In this document: piece by piece, positions 43,904 through 55,600 of the stretch
Numbering within the stretch: the stretch's first letter is position 1
How the letters are laid out: the number at the start of each line of letters is the position of its first letter
IMG/VR virus record: IMGVR_UViG_3300046820_001050
Location: 1-64,000 of that record
From: a virus
Direction: 5' to 3' (one strand)
Length of the DNA stretch: 64,000 bases
Program-made: the position numbers and the translations under genes
The notes under the pieces: generated by a model
Told to the model about the DNA's origin: nothing
The model's database searches: none
What the model saw: the letters and a program-made list of their open reading frames with translations, nothing else

Positions 43904-45043
43904 TTACTTAACAAGAGTAACCTTAGCCTTTGGATTCTTTGCATTCCATTGGCGAGCCAACTTGTTGAAAGCATCCTTAAGTGACTTGATTGCTGCAGCA
44001 TTATCTGCTGTCAACTTAGCAACGACTGCATCATGTGCAACCTTTACATCAGCAAGTGCCTTATCTGAAGCAACCTTTGCATCTGCTAGTGCCTTTGCTG
44101 AAGCAGCCTTCTCTGCTGCTAGAGCAGCATCTGAAGCAACCTTTGCAGCAGCAGCATCCACAGCAGCCTTTAGAACTGCAGCATCTGCTACAGCCTTAGC
44201 AGCAAGTGCTGCATCCTTAGCAGCCTTTTCTGCAGCAAGTTCTGTGATTAGATCACGAACAGCAATTTCTGCAAATGGTGCAAGTGTACGAGCAGTTAGA
44301 CCTACTACGTCTGCAGAAGCAGCATCAGAAGATGTTGTTGGTGCAAATGTGATAAGTGCTCGTGAGCCAGTTGTTGGAAGAGTTGCCTTGAAGGTTGCTG
44401 TTCCAAAATCTGCAAGTGTAGCACCAGTTGTTACTGTTGCTGTGTCTAGTGTTGCTGTTGCAGCAAAGACTGTTGCAGTAATTGACTTACCAGATACCTT
44501 ATTACCAAATGCATCTGTTGCAGTTACTGTAATGTCCTGCTTTGTTCCTGCTGCACCTGATGTAGGTGCTGCAACTGTTAGGTTATTAATCTTTCCAGCA
44601 GTTCCCTGTACATAGTATGTAAGGGTTGTTCCACCGTTGTTGATTACAACTGTACCAATTGCTGTTGTCTTTGTGTAGACAAAAAATGTTGCAGTTGTTC
44701 CAGTACCTGTTGCAATTGTCAAAGATGATGATCCTGACGATGCTCCTACTGGTGCTGCTGATGTGTTTAGTGCTGATACGATTGTTGCGTTAGTTGCTAC
44801 TGCAGAAACTGATGTTCCTGCTGCTACTGTTGCTACAAAACGCAATGCATCTGTTGCATCAATTACGTTATCTTCTGGGACTGGCAATGCAGCAGGTGTA
44901 GCAATTACACCGTTAGTGGTGTTTGCTGTACCATTTAGCGTTACTGCGACTGTCATTACTGTAGCATTTGCAGGTGCTACTGCGACCATGCCCAAAGTCA
45001 TGGCTGCAACCACGGCTAGTGCGATCTTCTTGAATGAATTCAT
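43904..45043 (-). CDS. secreted Ala/Thr-rich surface-layer-like protein (Ig-like domain plus coiled coil)
   Basis: signal peptide ...VAPANA; ATDAFGN.VSG Ig-like motif; Ala-rich helix; strong codon bias. Confidence 0.75.
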   Translation of the reverse strand: MNSFKKIALAVVAAMTLGMVAVAPANATVMTVAVTLNGTANTTNGVIATPAALPVPEDNVIDATDALRFVATVAAGTSVSAVATNATIVSALNTSAAPVGASSGSSSLTIATGTGTTATFFVYTKTTAIGTVVINNGGTTLTYYVQGTAGKINNLTVAAPTSGAAGTKQDITVTATDAFGNKVSGKSITATVFAATATLDTATVTTGATLADFGTATFKATLPTTGSRALITFAPTTSSDAASADVVGLTARTLAPFAEIAVRDLITELAAEKAAKDAALAAKAVADAAVLKAAVDAAAAKVASDAALAAEKAASAKALADAKVASDKALADVKVAHDAVVAKLTADNAAAIKSLKDAFNKLARQWNAKNPKAKVTLVK

Positions 45044-45059
45044 TCGTATTTCTCCTTAT

Positions 45060-46841
45060 TTATAGTAGATTAAATCTATCCAGATAATCTTTTACATCAT
45101 CTGGCATAGGTTTATATTGTATCACGTTGTCAGGTAGTTCGTCAACTCGCTTAGATCTATCTCTAAAAGTGTGAACCTCTACCTCAGTGTCTATATTTTT
45201 AGGGGTATGAGATATAGCCCCAAAAATAGCACCACACACAGCATCAGCCAAGTCCTTTGACTTTTTGCGTGGGTGGTCAACTCTATCATTTTTCATAATT
45301 TTTAACTGTGTTAGTTCATCAAATAATAAATCAATTGCTGGCATGGCAAGTCTTTCCTCGTAAACAAGCATAGCCATATCTTCGTAGTGCTTCTTAGCAA
45401 CAGAAACAGTATCTGTTCTCATTCCAACCTGCTTCAACTCATTCTGAATATCAAAGGATTGCCAGCGGTCAAAAGAAACCATGCCAATATCAAACCCAAG
45501 TCTTCTAAGGTTCTGAATCCACTGTTTAACCTCAGATAGGTTAACTGGGCCCTCAACCTTTGGCTCCCACCATGCTACTGCATCTACTACTACTATAGGG
45601 GCCACCTGTTCATAATTGTTAATTACTTGAATGTTTACCCATTTTTCTACATGTGCAATTGCTACGGCACACTTGTCATGCTTTTGTGCAAGGTCAGCGT
45701 GTACATAATATTTCTTAGTTGGGTCTGGTTTAAATGCTTCATCAAACCTTTTAAATGTATCTACTGGGTTTCTTAATGTCATGCAGGCTCTTACTTTATC
45801 TGCCTGCTTAAAGAATGCATCCGATGCAAATGTTGGTACACATGCAAAACGCATCATTGCATCACCAAGGTCTGTCATGAATGCAATCATGAAATCATCT
45901 ATCTTACGAGTAGGGTTTACTTCCCATGTAGGTCTCTTTAGTGCAAATACTCCAGGATATTTGTATGATGTAATCTGATCTTCATCCCACGAAATTTCAA
46001 ATGTGTTGTCTGGGCTATCTTCTGGAAGCAATGGATTAATAGTAAACTTGTGTGTTCTTTCTATTACTTCCTTTTCAGCAACAACATCATCATATCTTTC
46101 TGAAATAAAGTCACCTGGATAGCGTGGGAATGAAAGCAAAACAACCTTGCCAAGGTCTGGGAATCGAGAGTCTACTGATCCACGGAAAGCCTTGTAGATA
46201 TTATCAGCAGTCTTTCCTTGTTCATTGCCTGTTCCGACCTCAGATGCAAAACCAGAAATCTCATCAAGCACTGCAAGAAGAAGGTTCAAGCCCTCATGTG
46301 ATTCACGCTCTGAGTGACCAGAGTAAACAGTAATTGATTTATCAAATTCAATTGAGTCAGCCTTTGCATAATACTTTCCAGCAAACCAAGGAGATCTTTC
46401 AATCTTTGATTTAAAACCTTTAAAGAAAACATTCTTAGCCTGTTGAGCGTTAATCGCTACGTTAATCAAGTCAATAGCATCTCCAGAGGGCTTACCAAAA
46501 TACTTTGCTGGGTCTTTAAGGCATAGAAGTTTATATACGATATATGAACAGGCTACAGTTGATGTGAAGTCTTTTCCAGATCCCTTGCCAAGTTGCAGGA
46601 TAATCTCGTTCTTTGTGTACTTATTATAGTACTGGGTTCCTTTTTCTTCCCCCATAATATTTATCAAATCCTCTTTGCGGTAGATCTGACTCATTGCTTC
46701 TACGATATCGTATTGAATATCAGAAAGTGGGGGCTGTCCAAGGTATGCTTCACCTTCTACAAACGTTCTTGCATCTACTGGGGTCTCATTAAAATGATCA
46801 TCCTGTAGTGCCTCTAAGAACTCATTGAACATCGTGGACAA
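45060..46841 (-). CDS. terL: terminase large subunit
   Basis: LGKGSGKD Walker A, VLDEISGF Walker B, HADLA..HD and SKDLADAV nuclease motifs. Confidence 0.88.
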   Translation of the reverse strand: MSTMFNEFLEALQDDHFNETPVDARTFVEGEAYLGQPPLSDIQYDIVEAMSQIYRKEDLINIMGEEKGTQYYNKYTKNEIILQLGKGSGKDFTSTVACSYIVYKLLCLKDPAKYFGKPSGDAIDLINVAINAQQAKNVFFKGFKSKIERSPWFAGKYYAKADSIEFDKSITVYSGHSERESHEGLNLLLAVLDEISGFASEVGTGNEQGKTADNIYKAFRGSVDSRFPDLGKVVLLSFPRYPGDFISERYDDVVAEKEVIERTHKFTINPLLPEDSPDNTFEISWDEDQITSYKYPGVFALKRPTWEVNPTRKIDDFMIAFMTDLGDAMMRFACVPTFASDAFFKQADKVRACMTLRNPVDTFKRFDEAFKPDPTKKYYVHADLAQKHDKCAVAIAHVEKWVNIQVINNYEQVAPIVVVDAVAWWEPKVEGPVNLSEVKQWIQNLRRLGFDIGMVSFDRWQSFDIQNELKQVGMRTDTVSVAKKHYEDMAMLVYEERLAMPAIDLLFDELTQLKIMKNDRVDHPRKKSKDLADAVCGAIFGAISHTPKNIDTEVEVHTFRDRSKRVDELPDNVIQYKPMPDDVKDYLDRFNLL

Positions 46842-47358
46842 CGGTAATCACCTCATTGTTTTTTGCAAATGAAGATAGCCTACGCATAATCTCATCACGA
46901 ACCTGTGGGTACTCTGAGGCAATATCTTTTAGAATAAGAACAAGGATCTCTTGACGCTTTTCAATTTCCATCATCTCTTCTGCAAGTTCTTTATTCTCAA
47001 GAAGTCCAGCCTTTTGTAGCATGTCAATACGCTTAGACTCAATGTCCATTACAAGTTTGATGGCAGCAGTCTTTGCGCTAAGGTTATTTGTCATAGACGC
47101 TTCATCAATAACTTCGTATGTACGAGACACTAACTTGCTATAGTGTGTGTCTGCTGCTGCTAGTGCCTCTTTAGCACGAGCACGGATAGCATCGTTAGCA
47201 GATGCCATAACCTTCCACTCATTGATAAGTGTAACGACTCTTTGTCTTGGAATATCAAGTTGTTTTGAAATTACAGTTGGGTCGTTGCCCTTTAGGTATT
47301 CTTCTACTACTTGATTAACTTGGTCAAGGTGCTTAACTAAATCATCTTCAGTTGACAT
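46822..47358 (-). CDS. HTH helical protein, candidate terminase small subunit
   Basis: N-terminal HTH; overlaps terL start. Confidence 0.5.
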   Translation of the reverse strand: MSTEDDLVKHLDQVNQVVEEYLKGNDPTVISKQLDIPRQRVVTLINEWKVMASANDAIRARAKEALAAADTHYSKLVSRTYEVIDEASMTNNLSAKTAAIKLVMDIESKRIDMLQKAGLLENKELAEEMMEIEKRQEILVLILKDIASEYPQVRDEIMRRLSSFAKNNEVITVVHDVQ

Positions 47359-47590
47359 ACTTGCCCTCTAGCCTATTTATTTCATCTTTTATGTAGAAGA
47401 TTGCTTTCTCAAGATCCTGAATGGTTTTTGATTCATCCTTGATTCCTGCTCTCCATAAATACTTAAATGCATTTCCAATGTTGAAGTTGCGATGTCTTGT
47501 TATCTGAATACACTCTACACCAGAAGGATCTGTTGTGTAGTGAGTTGGATGATTGACTTGATCAACAGTTATATTTAGGCTCTCACTCAT
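47348..47590 (-). CDS. DUF3310 protein
   Basis: VNHP.HY...ECI...GNA.KYLWRAG.K...DL.KA..Y. Confidence 0.9.
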   Translation of the reverse strand: MSESLNITVDQVNHPTHYTTDPSGVECIQITRHRNFNIGNAFKYLWRAGIKDESKTIQDLEKAIFYIKDEINRLEGKYVN

Positions 47591-47701
47591 CGTCTTCCTC
47601 CCAATCAAACTCCTGTGGCATATTCCGCAGTGTTGCAGTTGCATACGAAATACCAACTGCTGCTACCAATGATAATACAAAAAGAATGTACTTAATCTTT
47701 T

Positions 47702-47857
47702 TCATCGCTTTGATTTCCTTAATCCAAATTTAGCAAGGTAAACATAGACAGTTTCTAATGAGCATCCACATTCCTTTGCAATATCTTCTGGTGTTTTTTT
47801 ATCCATAAGATATCTCTTACGCATAAATGTTTCACTTGTATATAGTTTAGCACCCAT
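47702..47857 (-). CDS. small HTH protein
   Basis: KTPEDIAKECGCSLETVYVYL.KFGL. Confidence 0.7.
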   Translation of the reverse strand: MGAKLYTSETFMRKRYLMDKKTPEDIAKECGCSLETVYVYLAKFGLRKSKR

Positions 47858-47868
47858 GAGATTAATTG

Positions 47869-48507
47869 TCAAGCCTCCATCTCATTAATTTCATAATTGA
47901 ATCTGTCAGAGTTTTCTAAGATCCATTTATCCTGATTTTCAACGTCATATTTTCTTTCATTAATTATTCTATCAATCAAGTATTCTTTTTCAAGGGTAAA
48001 TGAAGGCTCATAAATACGCACTCTATTGTTAGGTTGAATCGCAAAGTTTCCGTCATCTCTTTGTATTACGTGTCCACACTTATGATCTGCAGGGCTTTCA
48101 GAGTATCCGTCATCTAAAACATTTGTATCTGGATTGTGCCAGTCTAATGTAAATAGATATGTACCCTTGTGCATTGTCTTTGTTCTGTCAATGTAAGACA
48201 TTCTAAGATTTGTTAGATTTTCAAATCTTGTTACAGCAATGTGATGACTGAAAGAATTCCATAATACCAGGTTGTGTAGGTCTGGCTCAGGTATACCTGG
48301 CTCTGTGCAAAAGGCAGAGATAGGAAGTCTCCACCAAAGACCACCATCTGGCATCATAATATGAAATAGTGGGCTTCTAGACTTTAAACTTGATACGCCA
48401 AAGACGACACACTCAAAGTATTTGTCATGACTATCTTGGTGATTTCTTAAATAATTTCCTCTTACATAGCAATGTATTGGTGGTATGTTTGCATTTAACT
48501 CTGGCAT
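47869..48507 (-). CDS. conserved phage hypothetical protein
   Basis: LNANIPP...RLPISAF...YLFTLDW...HKCGH...GNFA.QPNNR. Confidence 0.8.
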   Translation of the reverse strand: MPELNANIPPIHCYVRGNYLRNHQDSHDKYFECVVFGVSSLKSRSPLFHIMMPDGGLWWRLPISAFCTEPGIPEPDLHNLVLWNSFSHHIAVTRFENLTNLRMSYIDRTKTMHKGTYLFTLDWHNPDTNVLDDGYSESPADHKCGHVIQRDDGNFAIQPNNRVRIYEPSFTLEKEYLIDRIINERKYDVENQDKWILENSDRFNYEINEMEA

Positions 48508-49103
48508 TATTCAGTCCCTCCTACTGCTTTATTCCAATTCTTCATTGCCCAGTGGCCAATACCACAGGCATCTGCTACATCATTATCTGTAATTGTTCTA
48601 TCGTATTGCATGTTAATAAAACTAATCGTTCTTTGCTTTCGTATTTCTCTTTCGTAAGACTTGAGCCATGACTCTGACTTCCCTGGATTTTGTGACTTAA
48701 TAAATAGTTTTTCATCTTTAGAAATCTTCTTGTTTCCAATAAAGTTCTGCCAAGTAATTGGTGCTACCTTGCCTATAATCTTAGTACCAGACTGTCCTGC
48801 TGCTCCAAGTATTGCACCCTGAACAAGAGCAAGATCTGCAGCAGTCTTAGGGCTATTCATAAATACTGTGTGCTCAATAACGATAGCCTCAAAGCCTTCA
48901 TATATATCAAGGAAAGCCTTTACTTTTTGTCCAGCATCCATAACCTTTTCGTAGGTATTCTTGCCTTTAAAATTAATCTTGCCTACCGACTTTAATGTTT
49001 TTTCTTGAGTATTGAAAATAGCAAAGGCAAGACTATTAGTGCTTGCATCTATAGCACAAATAGTTTTTGGAGGTTTATTTCCTATTGCCTCTGCTAGTTT
49101 CAT
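48507..49103 (-). CDS. RuvC-like resolvase
   Basis: AIDAST, IVIE, DVADA.GIG. Confidence 0.8.
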   Translation of the reverse strand: MKLAEAIGNKPPKTICAIDASTNSLAFAIFNTQEKTLKSVGKINFKGKNTYEKVMDAGQKVKAFLDIYEGFEAIVIEHTVFMNSPKTAADLALVQGAILGAAGQSGTKIIGKVAPITWQNFIGNKKISKDEKLFIKSQNPGKSESWLKSYEREIRKQRTISFINMQYDRTITDNDVADACGIGHWAMKNWNKAVGGTE

Positions 49104-49375
49104 TTTAAATTATCCTTTATTTCTTTTAGTGCTTTTGCTACGTCAGAAGGATTTACATTACACTTTACACAAAGACTTTCATCATTATATATTGACAAAG
49201 GTTCTTTGCATGACTTGCAAGTTCTTTCCTTCCCCTTTCTTTTTTGTCGTCTATAAATTATATACCTTGCAGCAATTTTTTCTTTAGTAGACATATCTCT
49301 ACATTCAGGTGAACAATATATCTGATAAGTTATATCTGTTTTAAATTGTTTGTCACACCATTGACAATGTTTCAT
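49100..49375 (-). CDS. Cys-rich zinc-finger protein
   Basis: four Cys pairs. Confidence 0.7.
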   Translation of the reverse strand: MKHCQWCDKQFKTDITYQIYCSPECRDMSTKEKIAARYIIYRRQKRKGKERTCKSCKEPLSIYNDESLCVKCNVNPSDVAKALKEIKDNLK

Positions 49376-50153
49376 CTAGTGGCTCCAAGGACTTTAGTTT
49401 AAAGTCTCCCTTACCAGCATCTGCACAAGCCTTTTTAATAGGACATGATTTGCAAATTTTTGAATTTGAGCGATAGTTCTTTTCAGGAAGGGTTCTGTCG
49501 ACCCAAGCCTTACGAACTGATCTCATCCATTCAAACGTCTGGTCTACCCACCGACGATAATAATCATTTACTTCTACTGGAAGGATTAGCAACTCATGGT
49601 TATTTTTATTCTCATAAATAAGAACTGCCTTAGCCTTCTTCAGAATTTTCATATAAATTAACAACTGAATAAGGTGACCGCTCTTAGGCTTATTGTGTGC
49701 CTTGCGGTATTCAAACCCTTCGTTCATCATTGTTTTAATTTCACCAAGGAGTTCTTCTCCCTGCCAATTAACAATAACATCTCCATAGCCAAAGATTGGT
49801 GGATCATTATGTGTGATCTTAAATTCAGAATCTACAAGGAAGTCTGGAACATTACCCATTGCTTCTTGAATTCTTTCGTGTGACTTTGTTCCTGCAGTCA
49901 TGTTTGCTGCGCTGTATGGTGTTGCATCATCTTCAAACATTTGTCCATCAAAAGCAAGGTACCAGTATCTTGGGCACTCTCCATGCCCATAGGCAATGGT
50001 TGATGGAGCAAAGGTTTTCTTTTGTGTTTGCTTGTCTATGCGGGTTACAGTATAGCCAGACTGAATTTTTTCAGTAAGACCAGCAACATCTATTGCGTGT
50101 ACTGGTGGCTTTTCCTGCTTAACCATAATCTGCTGTAATAAACTTTTTGTCAT
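49353..50153 (-). CDS. Cas4-like PD-(D/E)xK exonuclease
   Basis: CPR, GT..H, GD, EIKT, Q...Y, C..CP...C. Confidence 0.85.
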   Translation of the reverse strand: MTKSLLQQIMVKQEKPPVHAIDVAGLTEKIQSGYTVTRIDKQTQKKTFAPSTIAYGHGECPRYWYLAFDGQMFEDDATPYSAANMTAGTKSHERIQEAMGNVPDFLVDSEFKITHNDPPIFGYGDVIVNWQGEELLGEIKTMMNEGFEYRKAHNKPKSGHLIQLLIYMKILKKAKAVLIYENKNNHELLILPVEVNDYYRRWVDQTFEWMRSVRKAWVDRTLPEKNYRSNSKICKSCPIKKACADAGKGDFKLKSLEPLDETLSMV

Positions 50154-50188
50154 GTTTTACTCGTTTCTATTAGTATAAGTATAGCAGA

Positions 50189-50494
50189 TTAACGTGTGAT
50201 GTACTTGAGTGCAGACACCAAATTATTAAGCGACTCTGCTGCCGTATAATAAAGATTCTTCTTTCCACGATCCGATTTGTCTACATTAGCCATCCATGTT
50301 GCCTTAAATGCCATCTTTGCTGCGATGGCCTGCAATCTTACAATCTCCACGTGGGCAACATTGATTGGAATATCTGGCTTTATAATTAGTTTAGCAATCA
50401 TTGTTAGTGCTATTGTTAATTCTTCGTCTTGCATATAGTCTGCAATCTCTGACAAACCATTTACCATATCAATTGTAGTATTTTCGTTTTGCAA
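50189..50494 (-). CDS. conserved helical phage protein
   Basis: ORF in replication operon; start uncertain. Confidence 0.7.
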   Translation of the reverse strand: MQNENTTIDMVNGLSEIADYMQDEELTIALTMIAKLIIKPDIPINVAHVEIVRLQAIAAKMAFKATWMANVDKSDRGKKNLYYTAAESLNNLVSALKYITR

Positions 50495-50549
50495 TTTTTT
50501 TCCGATCTAGTAGTTATTTTAAATTATTATAAATTATTTACCGATATTG

Positions 50550-51218
50550 TTATTGTAAAGACTGTTCTTTTTTACTAAAGTCTTCTTTATATTTTGCAAA
50601 TACTGGATCTGCATTCCATTTATCAAGTCTTTCTTTTCTTGCTTCTGGAGATCTAGCAGGAAGGTTTAATTCTTCAAAGTCTTTCTTTGTTGAAAAATGC
50701 ATAGTCAAAACCTCAGTGTTGTTTCCTTCTTTAAAAAGCACTGGCTCTCTCCAATGTGCCTGACCTGCACCCCAAAAAACAAGAAGGTCTCCATACTGAA
50801 GATTAAAACTTTCATCTTCAATTACTATTGGCCAATCAATATTTGCGTCTAACTGATAGTCCATTGTTAGTTTAGAAAAATAATTATCTGAATCATAGTG
50901 CACTGGAAGTTTTGGATTTACTCCTGGACTATGCTCTTGATTATAACTAAGGTAACTATTGTGGTACATAAAAACATCTTCTCCAACTAATGTTGAAGCA
51001 AACTTTTCAAGTTTTCTACGTATGTGCTCTGGGTACATAACTTCTATTTGCATTCTTGCCATAGTTGGCAAAACAAGTGGAGAATAAAACTCACTTAAAT
51101 CTTTAGCATTTTTTTGATACTTAATAATTGCAAGAAGAACTTCTATTTCTTCATCAGTAAAAAAGTTTTTAACAATGTGTGGAACTATCTTATTTTTTGG
51201 TTCATGTCCTGTATTCAT
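50550..51218 (-). CDS. 2OG-Fe(II) oxygenase-like protein
   Basis: LPVHYD...WPI...L.YGD...HWREP; leaderless insertion into replication operon. Confidence 0.7.
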   Translation of the reverse strand: MNTGHEPKNKIVPHIVKNFFTDEEIEVLLAIIKYQKNAKDLSEFYSPLVLPTMARMQIEVMYPEHIRRKLEKFASTLVGEDVFMYHNSYLSYNQEHSPGVNPKLPVHYDSDNYFSKLTMDYQLDANIDWPIVIEDESFNLQYGDLLVFWGAGQAHWREPVLFKEGNNTEVLTMHFSTKKDFEELNLPARSPEARKERLDKWNADPVFAKYKEDFSKKEQSLQ

Positions 51219-51225
51219 AATACTA

Positions 51226-51513
51226 TTATACACCATCCTCTGAAAGTTGTTCTAAAATGCTCATCTCAATTATAGCAAGTCTTACCTTTGCATTCCCCTC
51301 GCCTATTACTACAACAATGGCTGGATCTTTTCCGTTCTTCATAGCATCTGTTGTGGCCTTAGCCCAAACCTCTTTATTCAAAGTAAAAGATTTTCCAACC
51401 TCTTTAAAGTCTACAACAAAGTTTTTCCAGGATGCATCACCCTTTTGAGTATTACGACCAGAATTCTTATGCTGCTTAGCACCTATTCTCTTGGACTCAC
51501 TCTTCTCTGTCAT
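51226..51513 (-). CDS. Holliday-junction-resolvase-like PD-(D/E)xK protein
   Basis: NSGR..KGDA...VDFKE..KSF. Confidence 0.7.
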   Translation of the reverse strand: MTEKSESKRIGAKQHKNSGRNTQKGDASWKNFVVDFKEVGKSFTLNKEVWAKATTDAMKNGKDPAIVVVIGEGNAKVRLAIIEMSILEQLSEDGV

Positions 51514-51665
51514 TACCCTTCCATTTCTGCTTTCCAAACTTAACACTGCTTAGGTGTTTGCTGGGGCACATCCATGTTGCAGTCTTTGTGTCTGCATAAA
51601 GTCTTAAAGATCTTACCTCTGCCTTGCACTCGTGGCATGTAAACTTGCCAGTATATACTGTGTAA

Positions 51666-52676
51666 CTAGCCATTTAGTTTTGCCTTGATTGATTCTTGCA
51701 AGTCAAGATCCTCTCTTACACGATTAACGAATGCTTCTTTACCCTGGACCTTTGACCCATCAGGAAGTATGTACCAAGCACCTGTGCGCTCCACGATGCC
51801 GTTTAGTTCTGCTGTAGTAACCAGATCACCAATGGTATCAAGACCAATATTGTCACCTCTAAAGTAAAAATCATACTCACCAGACTGGAACCCTGGAGAG
51901 GTTTTGGAGAACTGGAGTTCCCACTTAATAGTTCTACCAATTTTTTCTTCAATTAATTTATCTCCTACCTTGATCTTGCCCTTAATCGCTTGATTGTCTG
52001 ACTCTGAAGAAAAGAGTTTAACAATACATGAGGAATAAAACTTAGTAGCCTGACCACCAGAAGGCTGCTGGCTAGTATACATAGCATTAATATTATTACG
52101 AGACTGAGAAATGAGAACAAGCAAAGTTGGCTTAACTTTATTGTTTGCATAGTTAAGCATTTTCCATGCGTTACTAAAGTCACGGGATTCTGCTCCAATC
52201 TGTTTTGTATTTTCTAATGCTTTCATTTCATCTGTATCTTTTTCAAAATAAATTGCTGGAAGCATTGATGTAATAGAGTCTACCACAATTAGGTCAACGC
52301 CAGCGTTCATTAATCCAACACCTACATCCACCATGTCGCTAATAGTTCTTGCTTGCGAATAGATTAGTTTTTCTGGATCTACCCCAAGAGTTCTGGCCCA
52401 GTCTTCTGAGTATGACATCTCTGAGTCAATCCACGCACACAGTTTGCCATCTGCCTGTGCAAGAGCAATCATCTGAAGGCACATAGAAGACTTTGCAGAA
52501 GACTTAGAGCCCCAGATCAGTACCTGCCTTCCATAAGGAAGACCACCACCAAGAGCACGGTTTAATCCAAAACTAGGAGTAGGTTGGTATTCATAGTTAA
52601 CACCAACCCCACTACCCAATCTCTTTCTTAACTTAGGGTCTAACTGTGCTAATGCTTCTTCGATACTAACTGACAT
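51666..52676 (-). CDS. recA: RecA-like recombinase
   Basis: ALGGGLPYGR, GSKSSAKS, WIDSE, IVVDS, ISQ.R, GAWY. Confidence 0.92.
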   Translation of the reverse strand: MSVSIEEALAQLDPKLRKRLGSGVGVNYEYQPTPSFGLNRALGGGLPYGRQVLIWGSKSSAKSSMCLQMIALAQADGKLCAWIDSEMSYSEDWARTLGVDPEKLIYSQARTISDMVDVGVGLMNAGVDLIVVDSITSMLPAIYFEKDTDEMKALENTKQIGAESRDFSNAWKMLNYANNKVKPTLLVLISQSRNNINAMYTSQQPSGGQATKFYSSCIVKLFSSESDNQAIKGKIKVGDKLIEEKIGRTIKWELQFSKTSPGFQSGEYDFYFRGDNIGLDTIGDLVTTAELNGIVERTGAWYILPDGSKVQGKEAFVNRVREDLDLQESIKAKLNG

Positions 52677-55600
52677 GTACATCCTCCAATGTTACTGTTC
52701 CGTCTTTAGTCTTGCCAAAATCAAACTTATAAGATTTGCCTTCTTCAATATGCATATACGCTTTTGCAAAAGATGTAGGAAATACTGTAATAGAATGTAG
52801 GTCTCTACTTGTATCTGCAAGTGTAAGTGATGCCATTTTCTTTCCAGTCTTTGTAATTCTTGGTTTAAAAGAAACTACAAACATTTCATCATCTTTATAT
52901 GGAAGTTGCTTATAACTTAAGAACTTCACAAGAGCATGGGATGATTCTTTTATCTCATCTGAAGGTATGAAAGAAACAATCCTGTTATCATTACACAGAA
53001 CCAGATAAGAGCGACCTGTCTCAATAGTTGTATTTTCATCATCAAATATACCGACACTGCCAGTTTTGTCCAAAATTTCAACTCGTGACCATCCTGTTCC
53101 TCGTTTAATAGATTTTACCATACCCATAAAAATGTATGATCCTTTTTCTTCAAAGTCTACAATATCTTGAATAAATGCATAGTAGTGAGAGGGAATAGTA
53201 ATATTAAACTCTGGAAGGTTTAAGTATTCATACAGGTTCTCTTTAATCTCCTGGTCATTTCTAGGATTGTCATTAAATGTTGCTGCACCAATGACCCTTA
53301 GTGCTTGTAGTGCACGACTGTTTACTCCGTTTCCTTTTGTAAAGGTAAACTCTTCAAGTTCTTTATATGAACTAAATGGTCGTGCTGATATATATCTTTC
53401 ACCAATTTTGTCAGATATAAACTTGATAGCGCTGAGTCCAAACCGAATACCTTTACCCTCAATCTTAAAATCAATATCCGAATCATTAATGTGAGGCAAC
53501 TTAATGCTAATGCCCATTCTCTTTGCTTCAATAAGATATTCAGTTCTTGCATCTTTATCCTTTTCGTTCTTTAGCACTGAGTACATAAACTCAAGTGGGT
53601 AATAATACTTTAGCCATGCTGTCCAATAGGATAGCGTTGAGTATGCTACTGCGTGAGATTTGTTAAATGAATACCCTGCGTGAGCCTCAAAGTCATGCCA
53701 TAGATCACGAGCAGCATTAGGAGCAATAAACTTAGATGCTCCCTCTACGAACTTCTCTTTAAACTGATCAAATTCTTTAGCATCCTTTTTCTTTCCAATG
53801 ATCTTTCTAACTTTATCTGCTTCCGACATGGACATACCGCCAAGGTGTACGCATGCTTGCATAACCTGTTCCTGGTAAAGAATACAGCCATAAGTGTCCT
53901 CCGTAAATTGTTTTAGTACTTGGTGTGTATAAGATATGTTTTGACGACCATGTTTACGATCAACATAGTCCTTTCCGATAGTGTTCATTGCACCTGGACG
54001 GACAAGAGCATTAGATGCTGCAAGTTCATTTAAATTCTTTACACCCATCTTAACAAGAAGGTTTGTATATGGTGCTGCTTCACACTGGAATACGCCCTTA
54101 GTGTATCCATCTGAAAGCATCTGATAAACATTTGCATCATCCATCTTGATTTTAAGAAGGTCAATCTTCTTGCCGTCTCTTTCTTTAATAATATCAATTG
54201 TGTTCTTGAGAACAGACAATGTTTTCAGTCCCAAAGCATCAATCTTGATTAGACCAATTCTTTCAGCCTCTTCCATGTCAACACCAACTACTGGAATTCT
54301 TTCGTCAGATCCAGTAGACGATCTTGTTTCAAGTGGTGCATATCTAAAGATTGGTTCCTTTGCAGTCACAACACCTGCTGCGTGGATACCTGTACCACGG
54401 ATACGACCACGAAGTTGTTCTCCGTAAATCTCTACCTCTGGATACTTCTCACGAAACTCTCTTGTTGATTTAGATGTGCAGAAATCATCCCATGTATCTA
54501 CGGTTTTTAACACCTTATTTACATCTGATAGAGGAATATTTAATACTCGTGCAACATCTCTAACAATTCCCTTGCCTGTAAACTCAAGAAAGGTAGCGAT
54601 AGATGCAACATGTCTATACTGTCTAACAAGATAGTCTTTTACTTCTTCACGACGAGTATCCTGAATGTCTGTGTCAATATCTGGAAAGTCATTACGCTCT
54701 GGATTAATAAAGCGAAAGAACAAAAGGTTGTGCTCAATAGGATCAATGTCTGTAATCTTTAGTGCATAACAAACAAGAGAGCCAGCAGATGATCCACGAC
54801 CAGGACCAACCATGATCTCTTCTTTCTTAGCCCAGTTGATCATGTTACTCACAACAAGGAAGTATGGAGCAAACTTCTTATCTTTAATGATCTTTAACTC
54901 TTCTTCAAGTCTATCAAGATACTCTTGATTTTCTGACAAACCTCGCTCTGCCAAACCTTCCAATGCAGCCTTTGCAAGTTCCTTGTCAGGACTCTTATAC
55001 TGTACTGGTAAAAGGTTTAATCCTTCTTGAATGCCATAGTCTCCTACTGTCTCTGCTAATAGGAGTGTGTTTGAATATATGTCAGGTCGATCAATACCCT
55101 GCGCTTCCATGGCTGCTTTAATCTCTTCATATGAGAGCAGGTGTATGTCAAACTTGTTAAATGTAATCTGACGGTCTTCGCCATAAAGGTAGTCAAGGCG
55201 TTCCATCATGCTGCCCTTTTTCTTTGACTTTTCATATGTTGCATCTTTTACGAACTTGCCGTGTGTGTTCATGAGCAACTTAAACTCTTGAACTTCTTTT
55301 TGTGATGGATCAACATGGTGGCAGTCTGGTGTAACAATAACTTTAATACCAAACTCGTCTGCTAGTTCTATCAGATACTTATTAATGTGTGCTTCATTAT
55401 GAGGCATAACTTCAACGTAGTAGTCATCTCCAAAGCGTTCCTTGAACCAAGTTAAATACTTCTTGGCAAGAGCAAACTCTTCTTCTTCTAATGCTTTTAC
55501 AAGTACGCTACTTGGGCAAGCAGAGGATACGATAATCCCCTCTTTATACTTTTCTAGTATAGTAAAATCAAATCGTGGCTTCTTAAAGAAACCATCTGTC

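Noticed and set aside
43962-44615. 217-aa plus-strand Ala-rich ORF
   Set aside because: Antisense shadow of an Ala/Thr-rich gene with biased codons.
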